Both the position numbers and the translations under genes were made by a program. From NCBI GenBank assembly GCA_050294405.1, contig JBNKOC010000008.1, forward strand, positions 59,332 through 123,331: DNA of 64,000 bases, written 5' to 3'. Under the pieces are notes generated by a model. It was given only the letters and a program-made list of their open reading frames with translations, had not been told where the DNA came from and did no database searches. The stretch comes from Fibrobacteria bacterium (GTDB taxonomy: Bacteria; Fibrobacterota; Fibrobacteria; UBA11236; JADFYW01). Of this stretch, positions 47,839 to 57,515 are shown piece after piece. Numbering within the stretch: the first letter of the stretch is position 1; every line of letters begins with the position of its first letter.

Positions 47839-49393
47839 CAAAGCGGCAAAGGTCTTAGCATTAGCTTGTTTATCCCTGGCTCTTTTAATTACATCGGGTT
47901 ACGCTTATTGGGAATGGACCCAGCTGGAAACCGGAGAACCGGTTCAATACGCTCTGGTAGACGGGAACGTGGAACGTCCTGGTTATTACAAGATTACTGA
48001 ATTCACCACAAATTACGACTTGCTTTTGAAAGCAGGTCTTAACGATAGTTCCGAGATTAATCACATTCAGCTAATACAAGCTGCTAATCCAGAGCAGGCC
48101 ATTGAAGTGGAAGTAAGTAAAGAAAAGGTTGCGGCCAAAGCCTATACTAAATTTTTTGACCCCAAGGTGGTTTATTTTGAAGGGAATGTTACCGTTAAAA
48201 AGGAGCTTAAAATTGCAAATGTTAGGTATGAACAAGTTTTAGAAGAACAGGACAGGCTTTATACCAAGGCCGATGGAAAAGCCAGAATATCCTTCAAAAA
48301 TCTGGCGGAAATGGACGTAAACATCAATACTTCCATAAAAATAATGAACATGGACGATGAGGGGGAAATAGCCTTCACCAAAATCAAATTGGAAAATGGC
48401 TCTCTTTGGATTAAAGTTCCTAAAGATACTCCCGGATCTGTGTTAATTATCGAAACGCCCACTGCTGAACTAAGTCTTCCGGAAACGGAAGGGGAATTTA
48501 TAATTTCCGCTAAACCTGAGGAATCATCTATACATGCAGCCAAAGGTGCTGTAACTGTTAAGGAAATAAAAAGTGGCAAAAGCACCGTATTGTTAGAAAA
48601 TCAAATTATCGTCTTAAATTCGAATATTCAGGATTTAGACCCACTGCAACAAAATTTTGCTGAAGATGCTGCTAAAGAAGCCTTCGGAGATTTGGATAAA
48701 TCCCTGGCTAGATTTAAAAAGAGCCGTGAAGAAGCTTCCATGTTACTTACTAGTCATGGGTTTAATATGTTAATTTCTTTGATACCAAATAAAAAAAGAA
48801 TGGTAATAATGGATATTCCAAAAAATACCTATGTGGGAGATTATGTGGATGGGATTTTTAAATTAGACCAGAGTTTGCTCTTGGCCGGTAGTGAAATTAC
48901 ACGTGGGGTTGTGGAAAGGCTTTTGGGAAGACCTGTTCAGTACGTTGTGGATGTAGCCATTTCAGATTTGTATGCCTTTGCTGGGGATATAAATAACCTG
49001 AATGTTGAGGTGGATGGTTCCGCCGCACTTGTTTTAGGTATCCCTGCTGGATTACAAATGTTAAATAAGGATAAGATAATCCAATTCTTAGATCCCAAAT
49101 TGCCTGGAGGCTACGCAGCTGCTGTAACCAGGCAAAAAAAAGTGTTTTATGCCTATTTGAAAAAAATAAAACAAGAAGGAGTTGGAAAATCTGCGGCCAC
49201 AATAATGAGCCTGGTTTCCAGGCTTAGGACAAATTTATCAGCAAAAGATGCATTAAAATATTTTGAGATGTATACAGCAGAAGCAAATTGGCAAGTTTTA
49301 AATATTCAGATGCCCAGCAAACAAATAATTAAAGGCAATTTGGTAATGCAAAGTCCAGACTACGGTCGTATAAACCGCCTTTATACCCAATAA
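47822..49393 (+). CDS. membrane-anchored LytR-CpsA-Psr (LCP)-like protein (tentative)
   Basis: N-terminal TM. C-terminal RMVIMDIPKNTYV...VERLLGRPVQYVVDVAISDLYAFAGD matches the LCP core (IPRDxYV ... LLGIxIDYYV). 17-nt overlap with the wzc-like gene. Confidence 0.45.
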   Translation: MKLLNNKAAKVLALACLSLALLITSGYAYWEWTQLETGEPVQYALVDGNVERPGYYKITEFTTNYDLLLKAGLNDSSEINHIQLIQAANPEQAIEVEVSKEKVAAKAYTKFFDPKVVYFEGNVTVKKELKIANVRYEQVLEEQDRLYTKADGKARISFKNLAEMDVNINTSIKIMNMDDEGEIAFTKIKLENGSLWIKVPKDTPGSVLIIETPTAELSLPETEGEFIISAKPEESSIHAAKGAVTVKEIKSGKSTVLLENQIIVLNSNIQDLDPLQQNFAEDAAKEAFGDLDKSLARFKKSREEASMLLTSHGFNMLISLIPNKKRMVIMDIPKNTYVGDYVDGIFKLDQSLLLAGSEITRGVVERLLGRPVQYVVDVAISDLYAFAGDINNLNVEVDGSAALVLGIPAGLQMLNKDKIIQFLDPKLPGGYAAAVTRQKKVFYAYLKKIKQEGVGKSAATIMSLVSRLRTNLSAKDALKYFEMYTAEANWQVLNIQMPSKQIIKGNLVMQSPDYGRINRLYTQ

Positions 49394-49479
49394 TATTGTC
49401 CTGTTTTTAATTCCTTAAAAATAGTTTGACTTCACTTGGGGGAAACTGGATTTTCATACAAAGGGAGATTTTAACCTCA

Positions 49480-51555
49480 ATGTGGGCAAAAGCATTCATT
49501 TTTCTTTTCCTTATACCTGCCTTTATATGGGCAGCCTCCTCTGATTTTCGCTTAGAGTTGGCCAGAAAATTGGCTAAAGAAGGAAAAGTGGAAATGGCAA
49601 TTCGGGAGTATAAAAATTATCTCAGCGAAAATCCCCACGCTCCAAATATTTATGAGGAATTAGCACAACTTAGAATTAGGCAGGGGAAATATAAATTTGC
49701 CATTTTAAATTATTCCTTGGCCTTAAAACAAAATCCAAATCTGGAAACGGCGCAGGAAGGACTGGCTCTGGGATATGAATTAAATGGAGAGAGAGAAAAG
49801 GCCTTAATCGAATGGCGAAAATTGGCCAGCATCACCTCTAGTTCCATAGCCAAAAATCGAGCGGAATCTCATATTGAAAAATTGTTGGGAAAATTAAAAG
49901 AACCGAATAAGAATCAACCCTCCTTGGAAAAAGAAAAATTACTGGAGTCCGATATAACAGAGTCTCCAGATCTTACCCCAGATAAAAAGCAAGAGAAGGA
50001 GTTGTCCGCCACCAAACCAAAAGGGTTGGAAACTTCAAAGGAAAAAGCGGAGCAAGTGGAAGTAAAAAAATCCGATGTGAATGACTCTTCACTATGGTCA
50101 TCCAAGGAAGTGGGTAAACCTGAGGAACAAAATAAAGTAAAGGCAGAAAAGCCAAAAGCCACGGTACAAGAAAAGCCCCAGGAAAAGCTTGTGGAAAAAA
50201 AATCAGAAGAAAAAAATATCGGAGATATGGAGAATATTGTTTCTCTGTACAACTCGGGAAAAAAAGATGAGGCGCTCCTAGCAGTAAGGCAAATGATAAA
50301 AAAACAACCCGGTCACCCTGGTGCCTATTATTATGGCGGAGTTATTCGCTATGACAAGGGAGATTTCAATAAAGCCATATATAATTTCAAACAAAGTTAT
50401 GATTATCCAGAGCTGGGATTTAATGCTCATTTTTATTTGGGACGCATATATCAAAAATTAAACCAAAATCAAAATGCCATAAGAGCCTTTAAAAAATATG
50501 TAGAATTAACCGAATCTGCTTCCGGTAAAAAACAGGCCGAGGCCTATATTGCGCAGTTGGAAAAATCAAGTTCGAAAAATGACAATAACATTGCCGAAAG
50601 AAGGGAAACACGGACAAAATCCATAGTTCCCGCTTCTGAAAAAACAAATCCTGCCGTAGCTAGATTTGAAAACGGGTTGATGTTTTTTATTCCCGACCAA
50701 TCTCAATCTGATAGCAAACACTCTGAGGCTGTAGCTCTATTGGAAAGCAAAAAATGGGAAGCTGCCATTAATTTGCTAAAAGAGCTGTCCGGCAGCTTTG
50801 GCGGCTCTTTCAAGTCCGATATTGCCGAACTAAACATAGGATCTATTTACGAGCGCATGGGATTGTATGATAAAGCCAAAAATAAACTGGAGTTGTATTT
50901 GTCTTCCAAACATTCAAAAACCTTTAAGAATCAGGCTGAATTTTTATTGGCTAAATCTGAACTAGGTTTGCAAAATTGGAACAACGCTGAGCAAAAATTA
51001 AAATATGTGAAAGTAGACGCAAAATGGGGGCCCAGCGATTTGGAAAAAGAAAAACTATGGGCTAAAATTTATTTGGGTAAGGGGCAAAACGATAAAGCAG
51101 TCTCCCATTTAAATAAATTAGCGGGCAAAGTTAAAAAACCGGAAGATAAGGTGAATGTATGGCTTCAGGTGTCTAACATACATAAGTCCAATAAACATCC
51201 CATTGCTATGGAAAAAACTCTTTTAAATGCTAAAGAGCAGTGCAATAAAAAAATGCTGGAAGGTTGCGATGTGGTCTATTTGGAGTTGGCGGACAACTAT
51301 TTCAAAGGAAAAAAATGGAAACAGGCTCAAAACAGCTATAATCAATTTTTAAAATCTTTTCCCTCTCACAAAGAGGCTGCCTGGGCGGAGTATCAGCAAG
51401 GAAACATATATAAACGTTCCGGGCAATATAAAAAAGCTTTGGATAGTTATCGAGACATGATTGAAAAGTACCCTGAAAGCTACTGGGCCAATCAAGCCAA
51501 ATGGGAAAGAGAAGATGCCATTTGGAAAAATGAATACAGCGATGTATTGGATTGA
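49480..51555 (+). CDS. secreted TPR-repeat protein (PrsT-like)
   Basis: Start chosen at MWAKAFIFLFLIPAFIWAASS (signal peptide, RBS AAGGGAG upstream); the ORF track begins at 49426. Multiple TPR units and a central Lys/Glu-rich linker. Confidence 0.6.
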   Translation: MWAKAFIFLFLIPAFIWAASSDFRLELARKLAKEGKVEMAIREYKNYLSENPHAPNIYEELAQLRIRQGKYKFAILNYSLALKQNPNLETAQEGLALGYELNGEREKALIEWRKLASITSSSIAKNRAESHIEKLLGKLKEPNKNQPSLEKEKLLESDITESPDLTPDKKQEKELSATKPKGLETSKEKAEQVEVKKSDVNDSSLWSSKEVGKPEEQNKVKAEKPKATVQEKPQEKLVEKKSEEKNIGDMENIVSLYNSGKKDEALLAVRQMIKKQPGHPGAYYYGGVIRYDKGDFNKAIYNFKQSYDYPELGFNAHFYLGRIYQKLNQNQNAIRAFKKYVELTESASGKKQAEAYIAQLEKSSSKNDNNIAERRETRTKSIVPASEKTNPAVARFENGLMFFIPDQSQSDSKHSEAVALLESKKWEAAINLLKELSGSFGGSFKSDIAELNIGSIYERMGLYDKAKNKLELYLSSKHSKTFKNQAEFLLAKSELGLQNWNNAEQKLKYVKVDAKWGPSDLEKEKLWAKIYLGKGQNDKAVSHLNKLAGKVKKPEDKVNVWLQVSNIHKSNKHPIAMEKTLLNAKEQCNKKMLEGCDVVYLELADNYFKGKKWKQAQNSYNQFLKSFPSHKEAAWAEYQQGNIYKRSGQYKKALDSYRDMIEKYPESYWANQAKWEREDAIWKNEYSDVLD

Positions 51556-51560
51556 GTTAA

Positions 51561-51956
51561 ATGGATTTTAGCGGCTTAAAAAATATACTGTCCAAAAGAA
51601 AAAATTCATTAGAAGAGTATTTATACCTCCAACTCGAATTATTTAAAAATATTCAAAACGGTCCGGGTAGCAAAACTCGCGACCTGGAAAATGAACTTGA
51701 GACTGTAAACAAAGATATTGAAACTCAACGTCTGGTATTGCAGCCTTTGCTTAAAGAGTGGGGAAGGCTTGAAGCCCAGCAGAAATCAGTGCATTTAAAA
51801 GGCGAAATTGGCCAGATTTTAAATGAAATTGAAGGCATCGCCCACAAAATAGAAGGCGATCACAAGCTTCAAAACAAAGAAATTGGGTCTAATGAGGGAA
51901 TGAAAACTCAATTTAACAGCCAATTGGCTCAAAACAGTATTTATTTGTCAAAATAA
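51561..51956 (+). CDS. hypothetical small coiled-coil protein
   Basis: 131 aa, 6 nt after the TPR gene; no known domain. Confidence 0.3.
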   Translation: MDFSGLKNILSKRKNSLEEYLYLQLELFKNIQNGPGSKTRDLENELETVNKDIETQRLVLQPLLKEWGRLEAQQKSVHLKGEIGQILNEIEGIAHKIEGDHKLQNKEIGSNEGMKTQFNSQLAQNSIYLSK

Positions 51957-51996
51957 AGCCCAAATATTTAAAAAATCCACATTCTCTCAATGGTAT

Positions 51997-52004
51997 TGTA
52001 TAAT
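51997..52004 (+). promoter_or_regulatory. extended -10 promoter (TGnTATAAT) for the histidine kinase gene
   Basis: TG at 51997-98, TATAAT at 51999-52004. RBS GGAGATAGG, then ATG 52029. Confidence 0.45.
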
Positions 52005-52028
52005 GGGAGATAGGAAAAAAATTCCGCT

Positions 52029-53264
52029 ATGGATAACTACCTGGACAATTTATCAGAAGATACGCAAACCAAAATGTCCCAGGTTTTTGACTGGTTTAAC
52101 AACAATGTAAACCGTCTTGAATCTGCTTACCGGGACATTGGAATGCGTTTTGACAAAATCAGCCTTGAGCTGGAGGATAAAAATGCCCAGCTTATTGAGT
52201 CCTTTGTGGAAAATGAAAACATCAAAACCCAACTGCGTTCGGTGTTGGAAAGTATCCACTCTGGAGTAGTCATGGTAAACACAGAGGGAAAGATTACTCT
52301 TTTTAACGCAGCAGCTGAATCGCTCTATGGGGTAGAAACATCCAAAGTAATTATGCATCCCATTGCAGAGGTCTTTGAAGATCCTGAATGCGCCAAATCT
52401 TTGCTGGATACTTTAAAATCAAACCAAGGTGTGAGCAATCAGGAAAAATATGTTAGCAGAAAGGGAAAAACTATTCCCATAGGATTCACAACATCTATCG
52501 TTAGAGATCCCAAAGGAAAAATTTTGGGGGCTGTGGAAATTGCTACGGATTTAACCCATATGAAACAAATGCAAAACCAGGTGCAGCATGCCAAGACCCT
52601 GGCAGCCATTGGACAGATGGCAGCTACCGTAGCCCATGAAATTAGGAACCCTTTAGGCGCAATAGGCGGCTTTGCGGGGCTTTTGGAACGGGATTTACCA
52701 GCAGATGATAGCCGCAAATCTCTGGTGAACAAAATTGTACAGGGAGTCTCCAGTTTAAATAAAATTGTATCCAACCTCCTGGTTTTTTCTCGTCCAATGG
52801 AAATTCAATTGCGGAAAATTGAAATTCTGGAATGGATAGAGGAAATATTGAGATATGCCGAATTAGAAATTTCCCGTCTGGGTAAGGACATAATAATTTC
52901 CAGGGATTACCAAATTAAAGGCGGTAAAGTTTTTATGGATCCCGAAAAGTTTCAACAGGTGTTATTGAACTTAACCTTTAATGCAATACAGGCCATTCCC
53001 GAAGAGGGAGAATTAAAAATAACTGTGGGAATGAATCCTGAAAATTTTTTATTTATAAATATTCAGGATAATGGCAGGGGCATTGACCCCGAAAACATGG
53101 AAAAAATATTTGATCCTTTTTTCACGACCCGGGAGCAAGGCACGGGATTAGGCCTTGCTATAGTAAAAAGAATAGTTGAGCTACATAGCGGTAACATTAG
53201 CGTTGAAAGTAAAAAAGGGTACTGGACCCGCTTTTCCATTGTTTTAAATTCTGAGGTGCATTAA
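52029..53264 (+). CDS. cytoplasmic PAS sensor histidine kinase
   Basis: PAS (VVMVNTEGKITLFNAAAESLYG), H-box ATVAHEIRNPL, N-box NLTFNAIQA, G1 DNGRGI, G2 GTGLGLAI. Confidence 0.85.
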   Translation: MDNYLDNLSEDTQTKMSQVFDWFNNNVNRLESAYRDIGMRFDKISLELEDKNAQLIESFVENENIKTQLRSVLESIHSGVVMVNTEGKITLFNAAAESLYGVETSKVIMHPIAEVFEDPECAKSLLDTLKSNQGVSNQEKYVSRKGKTIPIGFTTSIVRDPKGKILGAVEIATDLTHMKQMQNQVQHAKTLAAIGQMAATVAHEIRNPLGAIGGFAGLLERDLPADDSRKSLVNKIVQGVSSLNKIVSNLLVFSRPMEIQLRKIEILEWIEEILRYAELEISRLGKDIIISRDYQIKGGKVFMDPEKFQQVLLNLTFNAIQAIPEEGELKITVGMNPENFLFINIQDNGRGIDPENMEKIFDPFFTTREQGTGLGLAIVKRIVELHSGNISVESKKGYWTRFSIVLNSEVH

Positions 53265-53267
53265 CAC

Positions 53268-54623
53268 ATGGCAAAAATAGGCGTGATTGATGATGAAGGT
53301 TTAATGCGGGACTTGGTATCCACTAGTTTAAGCCGACTACATCACGAAGTTACATCCTTTAACAGTGGGGATGATTTTATCAGGGCTTTTAATCCGAGAG
53401 AATTTGATCTCATTGTAACGGATATGAAAATGCCCGGCCTTTCCGGGCTGGAATTGTCCGAAAAGGTTTTGGCAAAAGATCCCCAGGTTCCCATTATATT
53501 AATGACGGCTTACGGAACTGTGGACAATGCCGTGCAGGCAATGAAAATGGGTGTGCAGGACTTTATAGAAAAACCTTTTCAGGTGGAAAAATTAGAGCAT
53601 ATTATATCTCGCGTTTTAGAAGTTAAGGGACTTAAAACAGAAAACATTAAGCTTAAAGAAAATTTAAGAGAGCGTTATAAATTTATCGGCCAAAGCGATG
53701 CTATTAAAGATATGTTGGATTTGGTGGAAAATGTGGCTGCTTCCAAATCCACTGTGTTGATTACGGGCGAATCCGGAACCGGAAAAGAATTAATTGCCCA
53801 TGCTATTCATTTTCAAAGCCAGCGTCACGACGCACCCCTGGTTAAATTGAATTGCGCCGCTATTCCCGATAACCTTTTGGAAAGCGAACTATTTGGTCAT
53901 GAGAAAGGAGCTTATACCGGGGCTATTAAAACCAGGGTAGGCAAATTTGAGCAGGCCAATGGGGGGGCCATATTGCTTGATGAAATCGGAGAAATGCCCC
54001 TACATGCCCAGTCTAAACTGTTAAGAGTGTTACAGGAAAGGGAGTTGACTAAAGTGGGGGGAAACTCCAGCCTTCCATTGGATGTTAGGGTTATCTGTAC
54101 CACCAATAGGGATTTGCAAAAAGAAGTGGAAGAAGAAAAATTTCGTGAAGATTTATTCTATCGCTTAAATGTGATTCCCATAAAAGTTCCCCCTTTGAGG
54201 GAAAGAAAGGGAGATATCCCCTTGCTCTGTGAACATTTTGTGGCCAAATACAATAGGGAAAACGGTTTTAGCGTGGACGGCATAACAGAGGCATGTATGG
54301 AAAAACTCCAGTCTCACAATTGGCCGGGCAATGTTCGGGAATTAGAGAATGTGATTCAGCGGGCTGTGATATTCGCCAAGTTTGAAACCATAGATGTTAA
54401 ACATTTAAAAATGTTTGATGTAGGCCCAGCCAAAGAAGCTCCCGCAAAAAATGGTGAATTTAAACTAGGAATGACTATCGCCGAAGGAGAAAAAAATTTA
54501 ATTCTTAAAACTCTGGAATCCTGTGGAGACAATCGGACCAGGGCGGCAGAATTGCTGGGAATAAGTGTGAGGACCTTAAGAAACAAGTTGCATGAATATC
54601 GAATTAATGAAAGCCATTCGTAG
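53268..54623 (+). CDS. sigma-54-dependent response regulator (REC-AAA+-Fis HTH; NtrC/PrsR-like) with GAYTGA
   Basis: Receiver D-pocket. Walker A GESGTGKE. ESELFGHEKGAYTGA. Walker B GGAILLDEIGEMPL. HTH AAELLGISVRTLRNKL. Confidence 0.9.
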   Translation: MAKIGVIDDEGLMRDLVSTSLSRLHHEVTSFNSGDDFIRAFNPREFDLIVTDMKMPGLSGLELSEKVLAKDPQVPIILMTAYGTVDNAVQAMKMGVQDFIEKPFQVEKLEHIISRVLEVKGLKTENIKLKENLRERYKFIGQSDAIKDMLDLVENVAASKSTVLITGESGTGKELIAHAIHFQSQRHDAPLVKLNCAAIPDNLLESELFGHEKGAYTGAIKTRVGKFEQANGGAILLDEIGEMPLHAQSKLLRVLQERELTKVGGNSSLPLDVRVICTTNRDLQKEVEEEKFREDLFYRLNVIPIKVPPLRERKGDIPLLCEHFVAKYNRENGFSVDGITEACMEKLQSHNWPGNVRELENVIQRAVIFAKFETIDVKHLKMFDVGPAKEAPAKNGEFKLGMTIAEGEKNLILKTLESCGDNRTRAAELLGISVRTLRNKLHEYRINESHS

Positions 54624-56190
54624 TAGGAGTGAAGGACTCAGCTATGCGAAGACTTTTGGAACTTTAACCAATAGTTTATTGTATACACCGCCTGAAATAT
54701 TAGTGTTGTCCTCCAGCGAAAAACTATTCGCTGACATTAGCGGGCTTTTCCCTAATTTGTCTGTAAGAAGAGTGAACCTGGAAAAATTGCCCGGTTTTTT
54801 TGAAAATTGGAATGAAGCAATTTTAGCTTTGGAAGCTAAATACTCATCTGCCTTTTTGGAATTGAATCCTTCGGACAATGTTTTTGAAAGTTGCATTTTA
54901 TTTGGCAAATCAAAATTAACATCGGAAGAACTGGTTCAATGGTATGAAAAAGGGGTGTACTACATTTCCCAAAGTTTTTCCAAAGACAAAAAATTAAAAA
55001 GCAAATTTGAAAAGCTTGTAACTCAAAAATGCAGTGTGATGAGCCAACGCTTTTTGAGCCAAAGGCTAAATCATGAATTTGAAGATCAAAAAAAGCATAT
55101 CCAGGAGCAAAACGATTTGCTGCAAATGGCCGTGCACGATTTGAGGTCTCCTCTTTCGGCCATGGTATGTTATTCTGAATTGTTGATGGACGGGGTGCTG
55201 GACAGCATAAAAGGAACCAAAGTGGACCCCATAAACATCATCCACCAAAATTGTGAGTTTTTAATTGATATGGTAGATGACTTGCTGGATTCCGCTCAGT
55301 TAGAAGCAGGCAAAAAAAGTTTGAAATTAGTGCGCTCCAATTTTACCAACATCATTTTAAAGGTAGTTCGCTCCCTAGAGGGTTTGGCCCGGGTAAAAGA
55401 TATCGACATCATTACCCATTTGGATTCCATTCCCGATTTGTTTGTGGACCCTCAAAAAATGGAGAGAATTGTAATAAACCTTTTGGGCAACGCCATTAAA
55501 TTTACCAAAGCTAAGGGAACTATCGTTATAAAATGCACAAGGGTGGAAAATAACATTGTTTTTTCCATTCAGGATACGGGTCCTGGGATTCCGGAAAAGG
55601 ATTTGGAAAATATTTTTGAAAAATTCAATATAGGTGATGACAGTAAAATTTCGGGCAAAGGGCACGGCCTTGGGCTTGCCATAACTAAATCCTTTGTGGA
55701 AATGCACGGGGGAAAAATATTTGTTAAATCTGAAAGGCATAAAGGTTCCACCTTTATTATCCACCTAAGAGTTGAAAAACGCCTTTCCCACTTACATCGA
55801 GATGGAACTAAAAAAATCCTGTTTCTGGATGCGGCGCAAGATATTCCAGATGTTAACAGCCTGGTTCACATTGCGGGCGCCGAAGTGGAATTTTGGGATG
55901 TAAAGCAGTTTAAAAAGAAATCGAAGGAAATGTCCAAATTCGCTTCCGTTATCATCAACGAGAAAATGGATTTTTCCACCATCGGGCATAAATTCTTCCA
56001 TAATCTGGAAAACTCCCAGCTCAAACACAGGCCCTGGTTCTTTTTATTTCCTTCGGAAATAAGCAAAGATGAAAGAATGTTATTTGAGTATTTAAATATA
56101 CATGTATTGATTAAACCTCTGGATTTGCCCCAGCTTGTATCGGAAATTGAAAAGTATTTAACGGTGGATAGGCGTAAAAAGGAAAATTAA
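54592..56190 (+). CDS. histidine kinase flanked by receiver-like domains that lack Asp
   Basis: H-box MAVHDLRSPLSAM. HATPase N/G boxes (NLLGNAIKF, DTGPGI, GHGLGLAI). N- and C-terminal alpha/beta segments resemble degenerate receivers (KILFLDAAQD...LIKPLDL). Confidence 0.8.
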   Translation: MNIELMKAIRSRSEGLSYAKTFGTLTNSLLYTPPEILVLSSSEKLFADISGLFPNLSVRRVNLEKLPGFFENWNEAILALEAKYSSAFLELNPSDNVFESCILFGKSKLTSEELVQWYEKGVYYISQSFSKDKKLKSKFEKLVTQKCSVMSQRFLSQRLNHEFEDQKKHIQEQNDLLQMAVHDLRSPLSAMVCYSELLMDGVLDSIKGTKVDPINIIHQNCEFLIDMVDDLLDSAQLEAGKKSLKLVRSNFTNIILKVVRSLEGLARVKDIDIITHLDSIPDLFVDPQKMERIVINLLGNAIKFTKAKGTIVIKCTRVENNIVFSIQDTGPGIPEKDLENIFEKFNIGDDSKISGKGHGLGLAITKSFVEMHGGKIFVKSERHKGSTFIIHLRVEKRLSHLHRDGTKKILFLDAAQDIPDVNSLVHIAGAEVEFWDVKQFKKKSKEMSKFASVIINEKMDFSTIGHKFFHNLENSQLKHRPWFFLFPSEISKDERMLFEYLNIHVLIKPLDLPQLVSEIEKYLTVDRRKKEN

Positions 56191-57515
56191 TGGCCTTGTT
56201 GGGGATAAAAAGAGACAGCCTCTCTTATAAAACAACCATCCTTTATGTTATTTCCGGATTAATCATTATTTCCCTGTTTAATTTTATTATTTGGGAAAAC
56301 CAGTCCGAACTAATTATTGAAAACCAAAAAATGGTGGTGGAATCCAAGTCCATTCTCATGCGAAGGTTGGTGGTTAACATTTTAGAATCCGATGACTCCA
56401 CGGACACCATGGAGAAATACAAGAGCCTGGCGGAAAAAGCGGTGGACGAAGGCATGGCCCAAACGGTGGTTTACTCAGAGGGCGGCCATATATTGTATCA
56501 ATGGAACCAGGAGTTGCTGGGAGATTTTGCTGAAAACAGGGAGTTGATTTTAATCAACCGCAGTATCGCCCGCTTTGAACTGGAAAATAAACAATTCCTC
56601 CACAATACAAATCTGGAAAGAGGGTTAATTGAATTGTATTTGCCTTATCAGGATCCCAAATTCAATAACATAGTGGTGATAAAATTCGCCCTGCCGCTTC
56701 TGGAACTCACCAATCGAAAAAATGATGTATTAAAAATATGTATCTTGATTACAATTGCGATCTTGTTATTACAGCTTGGAATGGCCTTTTTTCTGCGCAA
56801 GCTGATTATTGTACCCATATCTAAAATTGTAAGGATAACAGAAGCGGTGGCCGGGGGTGATCTGAAACAAAGAGCCACCATCGCGCAAAAAGATGAAATA
56901 GGAATTTTAGCTGGGGCCTATAACAAGATGATGGTGAACTTGGATATGATGCAGGCCGAGGCTAAGGGAGCTAATCCCTTGTCCGGACTTCCTGGTAACC
57001 TGACCATTATGAGAAAAATTGATGATGCCCTGGCTCAAAATAAACAAGTTAGCGTAATATACGGTGATTTGGATAACTTTAAAGCCTATAACGATAAATA
57101 CGGCTTAAATAAGGGCGATGAGGCTATATTACACACCAGGGATTGCTTTGTAAAGGCGGCGAAACAGGCTGGAGATAACGATACCTTTGTGGGCCATGAG
57201 GGCGGTGATGACTTTGTGATAGTTACCAGCTTTGAAACCTGGGAACCTATTTGCCAGAAAATTGTGGAGTACTTTGATGAGGGCGTACCCAAATTTTACT
57301 CCAGCCAACATATAGAACAGGGATACATTGATGCCTTTGACAGGCAGGGCAATCCGGTTAAGTACCCTCTTATGAGCATTTCCCTGGCGGTGGTGAGCAA
57401 TCATTTCCGTAAAGCCGATGACCATCGCTTGCTTATATCCTGGGCCGGAGAAATGAAAAAACTGGTGAAAAAAATGGAAGGAAGCTCATACGCCATTGAC
57501 AAACGCACAGAATGA
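56190..57515 (+). CDS. membrane sensor: TM, periplasmic domain, TM, HAMP, degenerate GGDEF (GGDDF)
   Basis: LSGLPGN, YGDLDNFKAYNDKYG, GGDDFVIV. No RxxD I-site. Confidence 0.7.
   Translation: MALLGIKRDSLSYKTTILYVISGLIIISLFNFIIWENQSELIIENQKMVVESKSILMRRLVVNILESDDSTDTMEKYKSLAEKAVDEGMAQTVVYSEGGHILYQWNQELLGDFAENRELILINRSIARFELENKQFLHNTNLERGLIELYLPYQDPKFNNIVVIKFALPLLELTNRKNDVLKICILITIAILLLQLGMAFFLRKLIIVPISKIVRITEAVAGGDLKQRATIAQKDEIGILAGAYNKMMVNLDMMQAEAKGANPLSGLPGNLTIMRKIDDALAQNKQVSVIYGDLDNFKAYNDKYGLNKGDEAILHTRDCFVKAAKQAGDNDTFVGHEGGDDFVIVTSFETWEPICQKIVEYFDEGVPKFYSSQHIEQGYIDAFDRQGNPVKYPLMSISLAVVSNHFRKADDHRLLISWAGEMKKLVKKMEGSSYAIDKRTE

Noticed and set aside
49426-49479. Upstream 18-codon extension of the TPR gene (MTSLGGNWIFIQREILTS)
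   Set aside because: Starting at the internal Met 49480 gives a canonical signal peptide and has an RBS. The extension is probably not translated.
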